Assembly (NCBI GenBank): GCA_027334165.1
Contig: DAHWXM010000015.1
Span: forward strand, 13,832 to 77,831
Length of the DNA: 64,000 nt
Reading direction: 5' to 3'
Source of the DNA: Candidatus Micrarchaeota archaeon
Lineage (GTDB): Archaea > Micrarchaeota > Micrarchaeia > Micrarchaeales > CABMGC01
Shown piece after piece: positions 47,535 to 55,293 of this stretch; the first letter of the stretch is position 1; each line of letters begins with the position of its first letter. The notes beneath the pieces are model-generated. The model was given only the letters and a program-made list of their open reading frames with translations. It did no database searches and was not told the origin of the DNA. The position numbers and the translations under genes were made by a program.

Positions 47535-48134
47535 ATGCAGAGAATAGTGATACCGGGAGAAAAGCTTGAAGACAAGCCGCTTAGGATAGAGGGTGCGATA
47601 GTCGATAACGGCAAGACGTACTCAACAGTAATGGGTTCGTATGACCAAGACAAGAAGGCACTGATCCCCCTCGAGGGACTGTGGTACCCAATGCCTGGGG
47701 ACACGGTGGTAGGCCGGATAGCGGAGGACAAATTTACTGTCTACATAGTAGACCTAAGTGCGCCTTACCGCGGACTCATATTTTCAAAGGACTCTAACGA
47801 GGAATTCGTAGCTGGAGACTTGGTCGAAGCGACTGTGAAGGAGCTTGACAAGACCCAGACTGCGATTCTGGGCAGGCCGCGCAAGCTGACCGGCGGCAAG
47901 CTGGTTTATGTTAAACCGTCGAAGATACCCCGCATACTCGGAAGGGGCAACAACATGATAAAGCAGCTCACCATGAAGACACACACCGATGTTACGGTGG
48001 GCATGAACGGAATAATTTGGCTTCGCGGGGGCAGACTTGACCTTGTATCCGAAGCGCTCAACATGATACAAGAGGAGGCACACACGTCCGGTCTCACTAA
48101 CCGCGTGATGTCGCTTCTCGAACTTGGGGCATGA
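47535..48134 (+). CDS. rrp4: Exosome complex RNA-binding subunit Rrp4 (S1/KH)
   Basis: VIPGEKL, S1-like PGDTVVGRIAEDKFTVYIVDL, KH-like IPRILGRGNNMIKQL...VGMNGIIWL. Confidence 0.85.
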   Translation: MQRIVIPGEKLEDKPLRIEGAIVDNGKTYSTVMGSYDQDKKALIPLEGLWYPMPGDTVVGRIAEDKFTVYIVDLSAPYRGLIFSKDSNEEFVAGDLVEATVKELDKTQTAILGRPRKLTGGKLVYVKPSKIPRILGRGNNMIKQLTMKTHTDVTVGMNGIIWLRGGRLDLVSEALNMIQEEAHTSGLTNRVMSLLELGA

Positions 48135-48916
48135 TAACTATGGCATCATCACAAGAAAAACCACAATTGATAGTAGATGGAAAGAGGCTTGACGGCAGAG
48201 ATGCCGGGGATCTTCGTCCGATCTCGATACAGACTAACGTAGTCAAGAACGCAGTCGGGTCCGCGTACATTGAATGGGGCAACAACAAGATAATCGCCGC
48301 GGTCTATGGACCTAAGGAGGCACTGCCCAAGCACACGGCCAACCCAGAAAGGGCTGTAATTAAGTGCAGGTACGCGATGTCTCCATTTTCGTCGCTCGAG
48401 GATCACGGAAGGACCGGCCCAAACAGGCGTGCCACTGAGATATCAAAGGTCACGAGAGAAGTGTTTGAGAACGTCGTGATGCTGGAGAAATTTCCCGGCA
48501 GTGAGATAGACATATACGTGGAGGTGCTTCAGGCCGACGGAGGAACAAGGGCCGCAGGAGTAACCGCAGCTGCAGTCGCAATGGCAACTTCCGGGATACC
48601 AATGACCGATCTGCCGTTCGGCGTCTCGATAGGAAAGATAGGCGAGACCATAGTAGTGGATCTTAATAAGATAGAGGACAACTACTCCGATGCCGATGTC
48701 CCGATGGTTATAAGTCCCCGGCAGGATAAGATACTGCTGCTTCAGATGGACGGAAACATGACAAAGGACAACATAAAAGAGGCTATCGATCTTGCGAAGA
48801 AGGCTGGAGAAACGATATCGAAGCTCCAATCAGACGCACTGAGGGCCCCGTACCTGGAGGTCATGGAGAAGTACAAGGGCGAAAAATCGTCCTACGATGA
48901 AAAACAGGCTGATTGA
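48131..48916 (+). CDS. rrp41: Exosome complex exonuclease Rrp41 (RNase PH-like)
   Basis: DGRDAGDLRPI..., GSAYIEWGNNKIIAAVYGP, VLQADGGTRAAGVTAAAVAM. Confidence 0.9.
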   Translation: MITMASSQEKPQLIVDGKRLDGRDAGDLRPISIQTNVVKNAVGSAYIEWGNNKIIAAVYGPKEALPKHTANPERAVIKCRYAMSPFSSLEDHGRTGPNRRATEISKVTREVFENVVMLEKFPGSEIDIYVEVLQADGGTRAAGVTAAAVAMATSGIPMTDLPFGVSIGKIGETIVVDLNKIEDNYSDADVPMVISPRQDKILLLQMDGNMTKDNIKEAIDLAKKAGETISKLQSDALRAPYLEVMEKYKGEKSSYDEKQAD

Positions 48917-49700
48917 TATGAATAACGCAACTACATACGATTACATAACCGAGCTGCTAAACAAGGGCACAAGGGAAGACGGAAGGGAGAACCTGGAGTA
49001 CAGGGCACTCTCGATAAAGCCCGGCACCATGCCAAATGCAGAGGGTTCCGCCGAGGTCAACCTCGGCTTTACACGGGTACTGGCCGGAGTAAAAGTTGTG
49101 CTTGGAGAACCTATGCAGGACAGGCCAAACGAGGGAAACCTCGCAATGTCTGCCGAACTGCTGCCTCTGGCCGCGGCACACTTCGAGCCAGGTCCACCAA
49201 GTCCTGAGGCAATAGAACTTGCCCGGGTCGTGGATCGGGGGATACGGGCCGCAAACATAGTTGATCTTCCAAAGTTGTTCATAACCGAGGAGAAAGTTTG
49301 GGATGTTTACGTGGACCTCTATGTGCTTAACTATGACGGAAACCTATTCGATGCATGCACCATGGCAGCAACCACCGCGCTGAAGAGCGCTCGCATGCCG
49401 AAGTACGAGAACGATGCGGTGATACGCGAAGGAAGCCTGGGCAAGCTTCCTACGAAGGGGCTGCTATCGTCATGCACCTTCGGCAGCGTCGCTGGTCATA
49501 TAATCCTTGACACGAATGCGAATGAAGAGTCTTTCGCTGATGCGCGATTAACAATAGCAAATGACGAGACCGTCGTGCGCGCGATGCAGAAAGGTCTTGG
49601 AGGGGGATTCACTCCAAAAGAGGTATCCGATATGCTTGACATAACCTTCGAGAAGTCCAAGGAGATAAGGAATGCAATTAACAAATCCATCGGTGAATGA
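48897..49700 (+). CDS. rrp42: Exosome complex subunit Rrp42 (RNase PH-like)
   Basis: REDGRENLEYRALSIKPG...AEGSAEVNLGFTRVLAGV. The start may be the Met at 48918. Confidence 0.9.
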   Translation: MKNRLIDMNNATTYDYITELLNKGTREDGRENLEYRALSIKPGTMPNAEGSAEVNLGFTRVLAGVKVVLGEPMQDRPNEGNLAMSAELLPLAAAHFEPGPPSPEAIELARVVDRGIRAANIVDLPKLFITEEKVWDVYVDLYVLNYDGNLFDACTMAATTALKSARMPKYENDAVIREGSLGKLPTKGLLSSCTFGSVAGHIILDTNANEESFADARLTIANDETVVRAMQKGLGGGFTPKEVSDMLDITFEKSKEIRNAINKSIGE

Positions 49701-49943
49701 ATGTCAAATTCGAGCATAAGATACGGAGTAGGCCTGAGAAAACGTTTCAGGACGGTGCAGAAGGACAAAAAGAGCAGGTACAAATGTGACGTCTGCGGCA
49801 AGACTGCGGTAAAGAGGGTCAGCACTGGGATATGGCAGTGCAGGTACTGCAATGCAACATTCGCAGGAGGGGCGTACACTCTAAAAACAGCCGCAGGGGA
49901 AACCGTTAGCATGATACTGAACAGGATACAGGGGGCCAGGTAA
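49701..49943 (+). CDS. rpl37ae: 50S ribosomal protein L37Ae (L43e)
   Basis: YKCDVCGKTAVKRVSTGIWQCRYCNATFAGGAY zinc ribbon. Confidence 0.95.
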   Translation: MSNSSIRYGVGLRKRFRTVQKDKKSRYKCDVCGKTAVKRVSTGIWQCRYCNATFAGGAYTLKTAAGETVSMILNRIQGAR

Positions 49944-49948
49944 GAAAA

Positions 49949-50320
49949 ATGGTCAAGATAACGTTCTCCCCCGCAACCGAGCTCGTGGTACACGACATAG
50001 CCTACATAGAGCTCGATGACTTGCTCAGGGAACGCGTAACTCCGGCCGGCACGATACCCCTTTACTGGTGCAATGGCATTGTATTTAGCTTCACCTCCCT
50101 TCCGCTGACCGATGAAGTTGTTAGGGATTACATGCACGGCAGACTGCACTGGCTCGAGGTGCATTTCTCCGCAATGCCAAAGTATACGGAGATCCTGAAA
50201 CTGAACGAGGAGGAATACAAGGCTGCGATGAGCGTCAGGATCATCGACACTAGTAAATCCGGACTGCACAACGAGCTTACAAGGTGGCTCAAGGACGAGC
50301 TAAAGAGACTCAAGTCTTAA
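49949..50320 (+). CDS. Hypothetical protein embedded in the exosome superoperon
   Basis: 123-aa ORF tightly packed between rpl37ae (5-nt gap) and rpoP. No motif recognised. Confidence 0.55.
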   Translation: MVKITFSPATELVVHDIAYIELDDLLRERVTPAGTIPLYWCNGIVFSFTSLPLTDEVVRDYMHGRLHWLEVHFSAMPKYTEILKLNEEEYKAAMSVRIIDTSKSGLHNELTRWLKDELKRLKS

Positions 50321-50366
50321 ATAACATTGCAACAGATACCATACGATTATGCTTTGAAGTGATACC

Positions 50367-50498
50367 ATGCCATACGTTTGCCTTCACTGTGGAAAAGAAG
50401 TAAAGAACCTGGATAAATTTATACGGTGCCAGTACTGCGGGTACCGTGTCCTCGCAAAGAAGAGAAGTTCCCTTGCAAAGACCATCAGCACAGATTGA
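50367..50498 (+). CDS. rpoP: DNA-directed RNA polymerase subunit P (Rpo12/RpoP)
   Basis: 43-aa ORF below the ORF-track cutoff: MPYVCLHCGKEVKNLDKFIRCQYCGYRVLAKKRSSLAKTISTD. It has a CxxC...CxxC zinc ribbon plus R-V-L-x-K-x-R, in the expected superoperon position. Confidence 0.8.
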   Translation: MPYVCLHCGKEVKNLDKFIRCQYCGYRVLAKKRSSLAKTISTD

Positions 50499-50504
50499 AG
50501 AGAT

Positions 50505-50774
50505 TCATCCCTTCTGCACAGCAGCTGGCATGCTCTTTACCACGATGCCTTCAGATATTTTTGTTACCCTATCGTAGGATACGCTCTTTTTCCTGAAGTC
50601 GCCCCTAAGATCGCTGCTCCTTACCAGGTTGTCCATCGGACTTAGCAGCAAGTATGCGACCGCTCCTCCCGCTGCATCTATCACGACGCCCTTTACGTCC
50701 CCCAGTACGCTTCCACTAGAAGCTATAACCTTCTTGCCGTACAACTCGGATATCCTTATTGCCATCAGAATCAC
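50505..50774 (-). CDS. PRC-barrel domain protein
   Basis: ISELYGKKVIASSGSVLGDVKGVVIDAAGGAVAYLLL is a typical PRC-barrel N-terminal pattern. Confidence 0.6.
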   Translation of the reverse strand: MILMAIRISELYGKKVIASSGSVLGDVKGVVIDAAGGAVAYLLLSPMDNLVRSSDLRGDFRKKSVSYDRVTKISEGIVVKSMPAAVQKG

Positions 50775-51331
50775 TTAATGCTGGCCTCAGAGAGCCTGCC
50801 TATCTTCTTCGAAGCGAAGACTCTTATAACATACTCATTGAGCGTGTTTATGAATGCATCCTTATCCCGCCCCCGCTCCTCCAGCTCGTCCTCGGCGAAC
50901 AGGTAAAGGTTCCCCTCAACGAGCCTGCTGAGGTATTCGTCCGTGATGGCATAGAACCTCTTTTTGCACGCTGTGCACGTGAATATGGGTACCACCGGCA
51001 CATCGGCCTTCTCCGCATCAACCACGTCCAATTCCCTTACAACCACACCGGAGCCGCAATCCTGGCAGCCGTTCCGCAGCTCCACTCGCGCATATCCGCC
51101 GGAAATCCCCCTGACAACACCAACAGCGTGCAGGTATCCTGCCAGTTCGCCAAGCGGGTCTCCGGACTTGACGTACGCCTGCCCAAGAATCCCTCTCTCC
51201 ATTCCAAATTCGGAGATGAGTACTCCACCTTTCACTTTTTCGGCAACCGCGAAGCAGCGCTCCCCGCCGAGGGAATACGCATCCGTCCTATATTTTCCTT
51301 TGCTACTTCCGTGCGCGTCTATATGCAACAC
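50771..51331 (-). CDS. Hypothetical zinc-ribbon protein
   Basis: 186-aa ORF with CQDCGSG...(about 27 aa)...CTACKK. Its stop overlaps the PRC-barrel gene start by 4 nt. The overlapping plus-strand ORFs look spurious. Confidence 0.55.
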   Translation of the reverse strand: MLHIDAHGSSKGKYRTDAYSLGGERCFAVAEKVKGGVLISEFGMERGILGQAYVKSGDPLGELAGYLHAVGVVRGISGGYARVELRNGCQDCGSGVVVRELDVVDAEKADVPVVPIFTCTACKKRFYAITDEYLSRLVEGNLYLFAEDELEERGRDKDAFINTLNEYVIRVFASKKIGRLSEASIK

Positions 51332-51335
51332 TACG

Positions 51336-51572
51336 TCAGGCCCTGTCTATGAAGTATTTTGTTATGTCTTTCTTCGTTACTCTGTCTCGGTTCTCCTTTT
51401 TCGCGTTTACCACCGCAAACTCGGAGATTCGTTTTGCCTCCTCTTCAAGCATCTTCGCCAGTTCGTCAGCACCGCCCTCCGTTATGTTTGCCTTGAGGTA
51501 CTTCCTCACAAGGTCCCTTATGGCAGCGCGCGGTATGTTTGCCATTTTGTCAGCACTCAAGATCTTCATCAC
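51336..51572 (-). CDS. Archaeal histone (histone-fold protein)
   Basis: IPRAAIRDLVRKYLKANITEGGADELAKMLEEEAKRISEFAVVNAKKENRDRVTKKDI is colinear with the HMfA/B histone fold (compare the HMfB segment LPIAPIGRIIK). The likely start is MANIP (51545). Confidence 0.8.
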   Translation of the reverse strand: MMKILSADKMANIPRAAIRDLVRKYLKANITEGGADELAKMLEEEAKRISEFAVVNAKKENRDRVTKKDITKYFIDRA

Positions 51573-51643
51573 GGTTCAGAAGATAGTTCATCACACAATA
51601 GTAATCGTGCGAAAAAGTATAAATAGGCAAGTGCTCACGGAGT

Positions 51644-52573
51644 TCACGGCGATGCGTATTCAGACTGCCATGTTCCAGTGTAGACAACATTCGCCTGCAC
51701 GCCGTTGTTGTTATTCCCGGAATAATCGTTAGCATTGCCGTTGAGAGGATACCATGCTACCAGGTTTTGCAACCTTATCGGTGCCCCGCCAACACCTTCA
51801 AGGTACTGCGCCTCTATGACGTTTTCAGATAGCGATGCGTTGTAAACCTGCACATTAGAGATGGTGCCTGTCCACCCTGTCGCACCAGGACCGCCGCCTA
51901 TGTATAATTGCCCATTAGCCTGTAGGCTGTTAGACCCCATTGTCACTGAAACAGAATGGGGCGTTACCTGCCCCCCAGAGATCTCGTATCCCGTGAGACG
52001 AGTCCCATTGAATGTTAGTGCATAGAATTCAAGCTGGTTTGGGGCTATTTGCGACAAGCACTCATCCACGTAGTATGACGAACTGCTGTAATATATCGGC
52101 AGTCCAGTCGGATTTGAAGAGCAAAATGCATCGGCAAGTTCCTTTAGGTTTGGATAGTACCCTCCAGAAGGCGTGTACTGGAACAGTACCTGGTTACCGC
52201 CGGCCGGCGTAAGTGCCGCCCATGCGAGTATCGTTATGTTTCCACCGCTGTCCGTCAGTGTGGGGAGGCCGTACAGATCCGCAAAGACATTCGAATGCTC
52301 CGCGTTAAATACCGCAGCATACTGCGGAAGTTCATTATTGCATGTCCCCTCAAGTTGAAGGTTATAATTTGTTCCAGGTCCATTCGGCCTGAGCACCTGA
52401 CAGCTTCCGGGCTGCGCCTTCGGCGCGAAGTTCGAGGGGTTGAATATGCCGAGCGAGTACAGCACCCCGAGGACGACCGCGATGACGAGTATGGCCCAGC
52501 CGTACGTCATCAGGTATTCCATGGCGGATTGGAGCCTGTACCTCTCACGCACAAAATTCCAGCCGTTGCGCAT
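51644..52573 (-). CDS. Class III signal peptide (type IV pilin-like) protein with LamG/ConA-like lectin domain, paralog 2
   Basis: The segment from RLQSAMEYLMTYGWAILVIAVVLGVLYSLGIFNPSNFAPKAQPGSCQVLRPNGPGTNY is identical to paralog 1, while the residues before it differ (MRNGWNFVRERY here). The C-terminal LVAWYPLNGNANDYSGNNNNG is LamG-like. Confidence 0.75.
   Translation of the reverse strand: MRNGWNFVRERYRLQSAMEYLMTYGWAILVIAVVLGVLYSLGIFNPSNFAPKAQPGSCQVLRPNGPGTNYNLQLEGTCNNELPQYAAVFNAEHSNVFADLYGLPTLTDSGGNITILAWAALTPAGGNQVLFQYTPSGGYYPNLKELADAFCSSNPTGLPIYYSSSSYYVDECLSQIAPNQLEFYALTFNGTRLTGYEISGGQVTPHSVSVTMGSNSLQANGQLYIGGGPGATGWTGTISNVQVYNASLSENVIEAQYLEGVGGAPIRLQNLVAWYPLNGNANDYSGNNNNGVQANVVYTGTWQSEYASP
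52365..52538. repeat. Dispersed repeat copy B (5' cassette of the pilin-like genes)
   Basis: See copy A; same orientation, 50.7 kb away. Confidence 0.9.
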
Positions 52574-52632
52574 CTTACCGTATGTTGAACGGGCTAAACT
52601 ATTTTATAGCTTTGCGGGAACGTGTCCCACGT

Positions 52633-53421
52633 TCAGGTCTTCCTGAACGTGTCCCTAAACCATGAATCTATTATTTCGTATCCCATGGTAGCCATGCTGG
52701 TCATTCCAGGCAGTGTAGCAGTGTGCTCGTCCCACAGCTCGGAGAGCGCTCTGTCCCCAACATTATCTATTATTATTTCCTCTGCGGCTGCCTTGGTGGA
52801 CTTGACGCCTTGTGTATTTAGTTTCTTCGCGACAAGGTCCAGGTCAAACCTCGCATTTCGGCCAAGCAAGAAGTACATGTCATAAATGTCATTAAGCCTC
52901 TTTCCTGCGCTCTGCCTGTTGCCTAGCGCCGCAATTTTCTCCGCAAGCTGTTCATCCATCGAAATGACGCTAACCTCAAAGTCTCCAACTCCATCTACAT
53001 GCACCGCGATGCGCTCCGGTCGACTGACTATCTGGTTCTGGCATTGCAGCTGTATGTTCACAAGATCACGTCCTTCCAACTGCATGGAGAAATTGTGGCC
53101 ATTGATTTTCCTTATCCTAATTCCGTCGTGCCTTTGCGCGGTGCGCGTCACCACGCCTACTAACGAATGTGCCACCTCCTCGGACTTTGCGTCGCTAAGC
53201 ATACCAAAGTCCAGATCTCCGGGAGACTTTCTACCGCTTCCTCTGAACCACAGTCCCGCACCTCCCTTCAGTGCTATGCCTTCGGCAAGTACCCTGTCCT
53301 TGGACACCTCATAAAGAACCTCCCCTAGCACATTGTCCGCAACTACTTGCCTTACAAGATTTTTAAGCTCGGCGTGTGTCTCAAGCCTGCGATTCAGGCG
53401 CCTGCCTCCGGTGCTTGTCAT
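52633..53421 (-). CDS. AbiEii/DUF1814-family nucleotidyltransferase (type IV toxin-like), orphan
   Basis: GIALKGGAGLWFRGSGRKSPGDLDFGM corresponds to the KGGTAL...R.S.D(L/I)DF NTase core, and RLNDIYDMYFLL to the conserved DlYDl helix. Start at Met47, supported by a minus-strand TATA (GTATAAATAGG, about 53450-53460) roughly 30 nt upstream. Confidence 0.7.
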   Translation of the reverse strand: MTSTGGRRLNRRLETHAELKNLVRQVVADNVLGEVLYEVSKDRVLAEGIALKGGAGLWFRGSGRKSPGDLDFGMLSDAKSEEVAHSLVGVVTRTAQRHDGIRIRKINGHNFSMQLEGRDLVNIQLQCQNQIVSRPERIAVHVDGVGDFEVSVISMDEQLAEKIAALGNRQSAGKRLNDIYDMYFLLGRNARFDLDLVAKKLNTQGVKSTKAAAEEIIIDNVGDRALSELWDEHTATLPGMTSMATMGYEIIDSWFRDTFRKT

Positions 53422-53470
53422 ATTTACCACACATATCGCTGCATTTATCCTATTTATACTGTACGTTTTG

Positions 53471-53510
53471 TGCATATTGTATGCATATTTTAATGATTTT
53501 GGCATATGCC
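53471..53510. promoter_or_regulatory. Repeated GCATAT motifs in the divergent promoter (candidate operator)
   Basis: TGCATATT at 53471-53478 and 53482-53489, and the palindrome GGCATATGCC at 53501-53510. They lie between the AbiEii TATA and the response-regulator TATA (TAATATTATAC, about 53573-53583). Confidence 0.4.
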
Positions 53511-53612
53511 CGGGATCGGTTCCCGCATGCCGAATATGATGCCAGGCTCCTCCTCCCACGCCGCGGAAGTAATATTATACTTTCGCGTCCATATACCGAT
53601 CGGGCGATAACT

Positions 53613-54827
53613 ATGGATAATGCGGAAAACTTCAAGTCTGACATAATTTCGGTAATAAATGACAAACAACAGGTTACGTTCAACGAGCTGAAGGAATTTG
53701 CGTCGTCCACCGGGATCAGTGAGGACCAACTGAGGAAGTGCCTTCAGGAATTGGAGGGTGCCAGTGCTATAGCTTCGAGAAACAGTGGCGGCATACTTAC
53801 GTATTACATACTACAGGCAGAACCGCCGCTCAGGCGCATAATGGTCGTTGAGGATGACAAGAACATAAACCGACTCATGATGCTATCCGTGGGAAAGGGG
53901 TTTGATGTCAAGCAGCTATACGATGGCGAGAAGGCGCTGGAGAAGATCCGCTTCGAAAAGCCCGACCTGGTCATACTGGACCTTATGCTTCCTGGCCTGG
54001 ACGGCCTGGAGATATGCAAGCGCATAAGAATGGACAAATCGTTGAAGGACGTGATCGTGATCATAGTCAGTGCGATGGATGCCACGTCAAACAGATTCAA
54101 GGGGATAAAGTACGGTGCAGACTACTACATAAAGAAGCCGTTTGACCCAAGCGAATTGAGAAGTCTGGTGACAATATTCCTGAGGAAGAAGGGCAAGAAG
54201 TTTGATCCTCTCATAGATCTGCCAAATGAGGACAAGATCTCCGACGCAGTGGAGAAGGCGATAGACAGCACAAACAGTCGGTATGAGATGGGCCGCCTCA
54301 GGGTGGACGGCCTTGCAGAATTCGCACGCGAGTTCGGCAACAACTCCGGAATAACCATACTTCGCCTCGTATCACAGCTGCTTCAGGACAAAGTCAAGGA
54401 GAATGGCAGCAGCATTTTTGTCGGTTTCCTGAACGGCGATGACTTCCTGATAGCCGGTGACAAGTCCAAGGTGGACGCCTCAGTAAGCACTATCATATCG
54501 GAATTCTATGCCGTTGTGCCGTTCATATATCAGAGTGAAGGATACAAACCGATAGAGCTTGGCATCGAGGACATCTATGGAGCCGAGCGCCCGTCACTGA
54601 CTTTAACATACTCGGAGATCGAGAAAGGGCCCGTAAAGGAGAGGAGGGCTGAGATATTGAAGAACAAGAGGAATGACGATATCGGTTCGTTCACGTACGA
54701 AGAACTGCGACACATGCTCGGAAGTGACGGCCTTGACATCACCATAACCCGCGATCCTAACAATGGCGTAAGACTGTCGATAGGCAAGGGCGGGGATTCG
54801 CACCGTGACGGAAAGGACTCCGACTAA
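53613..54827 (+). CDS. wHTH - receiver (REC) - degenerate GGDEF-like domain protein
   Basis: N-terminal wHTH-like QVTFNELKEFASSTGISEDQLRKCLQEL. REC domain: RIMVVEDDKN, DLVILDLMLPGLDG (phospho-acceptor Asp), VSAMD, YIKKPF. C-terminal region DPLIDLPNED...RLRVDGLAEFAREFGNNSGITILRLVSQLL...FVGFLNGDDFLIAG parallels the GGDEF palm (DpLTgLpNR ... DiDhFK.iND ... R.GGDEF), with NGDDF in place of GGDEF. Confidence 0.7.
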   Translation: MDNAENFKSDIISVINDKQQVTFNELKEFASSTGISEDQLRKCLQELEGASAIASRNSGGILTYYILQAEPPLRRIMVVEDDKNINRLMMLSVGKGFDVKQLYDGEKALEKIRFEKPDLVILDLMLPGLDGLEICKRIRMDKSLKDVIVIIVSAMDATSNRFKGIKYGADYYIKKPFDPSELRSLVTIFLRKKGKKFDPLIDLPNEDKISDAVEKAIDSTNSRYEMGRLRVDGLAEFAREFGNNSGITILRLVSQLLQDKVKENGSSIFVGFLNGDDFLIAGDKSKVDASVSTIISEFYAVVPFIYQSEGYKPIELGIEDIYGAERPSLTLTYSEIEKGPVKERRAEILKNKRNDDIGSFTYEELRHMLGSDGLDITITRDPNNGVRLSIGKGGDSHRDGKDSD

Positions 54828-55126
54828 ATCCTTGCTCGTTTGCCTTTCTTGCGGCCTTTCAGCCGTTCAGTTATGCGCGATTTCAGTCTGCGAATCTTCC
54901 CAACGGCCTTTCCCTTGTCGACTGTTTCACTGCTTATAACCCGCTCGCTATCGCTCAGTATATCCGAGAAATGCGAGTCATCGGCTTGCCTGAAATCCCC
55001 CCCGGAGCTCAGCAGCGCTTCACTCTCATTCGTACTCGACTGAAATATCGCATTTATCTGTTGCGATCTCTGTATTGCTGCAAGCCTTTTTGCTTTGCTA
55101 CCCTTCGCGTTCGTAGTCTTTGACAT
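54824..55126 (-). CDS. Small Lys/Arg-rich, probably disordered protein
   Basis: About 100-aa ORF with basic termini (KGSKAKRLAA..., RLKGRKKGKRARI) and an acidic/Ser-rich centre. It is convergent with the REC-GGDEF gene and overlaps it by 4 nt. Confidence 0.4.
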   Translation of the reverse strand: MSKTTNAKGSKAKRLAAIQRSQQINAIFQSSTNESEALLSSGGDFRQADDSHFSDILSDSERVISSETVDKGKAVGKIRRLKSRITERLKGRKKGKRARI

Positions 55127-55293
55127 CCCACACACCCTTCAATAACCTTCGCCGAAAACACTCTTAAATCTTATGTGGTGCCCTTTCTCCCCCGTTTCCC
55201 CGGATTCAGAGTAGTTTAGGAAAGAAATTTATAGGACATGCTATATATAATCTCACAGGCGCACCTTCTTTTTAGGCACTGACTGGCGGCAAC

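Noticed and set aside
50759-51626. Plus-strand ORFs 50759..51352 (197 aa) and 50964..51626 (220 aa).
   Set aside because: They are antisense to the histone, zinc-ribbon and PRC-barrel genes. The histone match on the minus strand is clear, and the plus-strand translations are Pro/Ser/Arg-rich noise.
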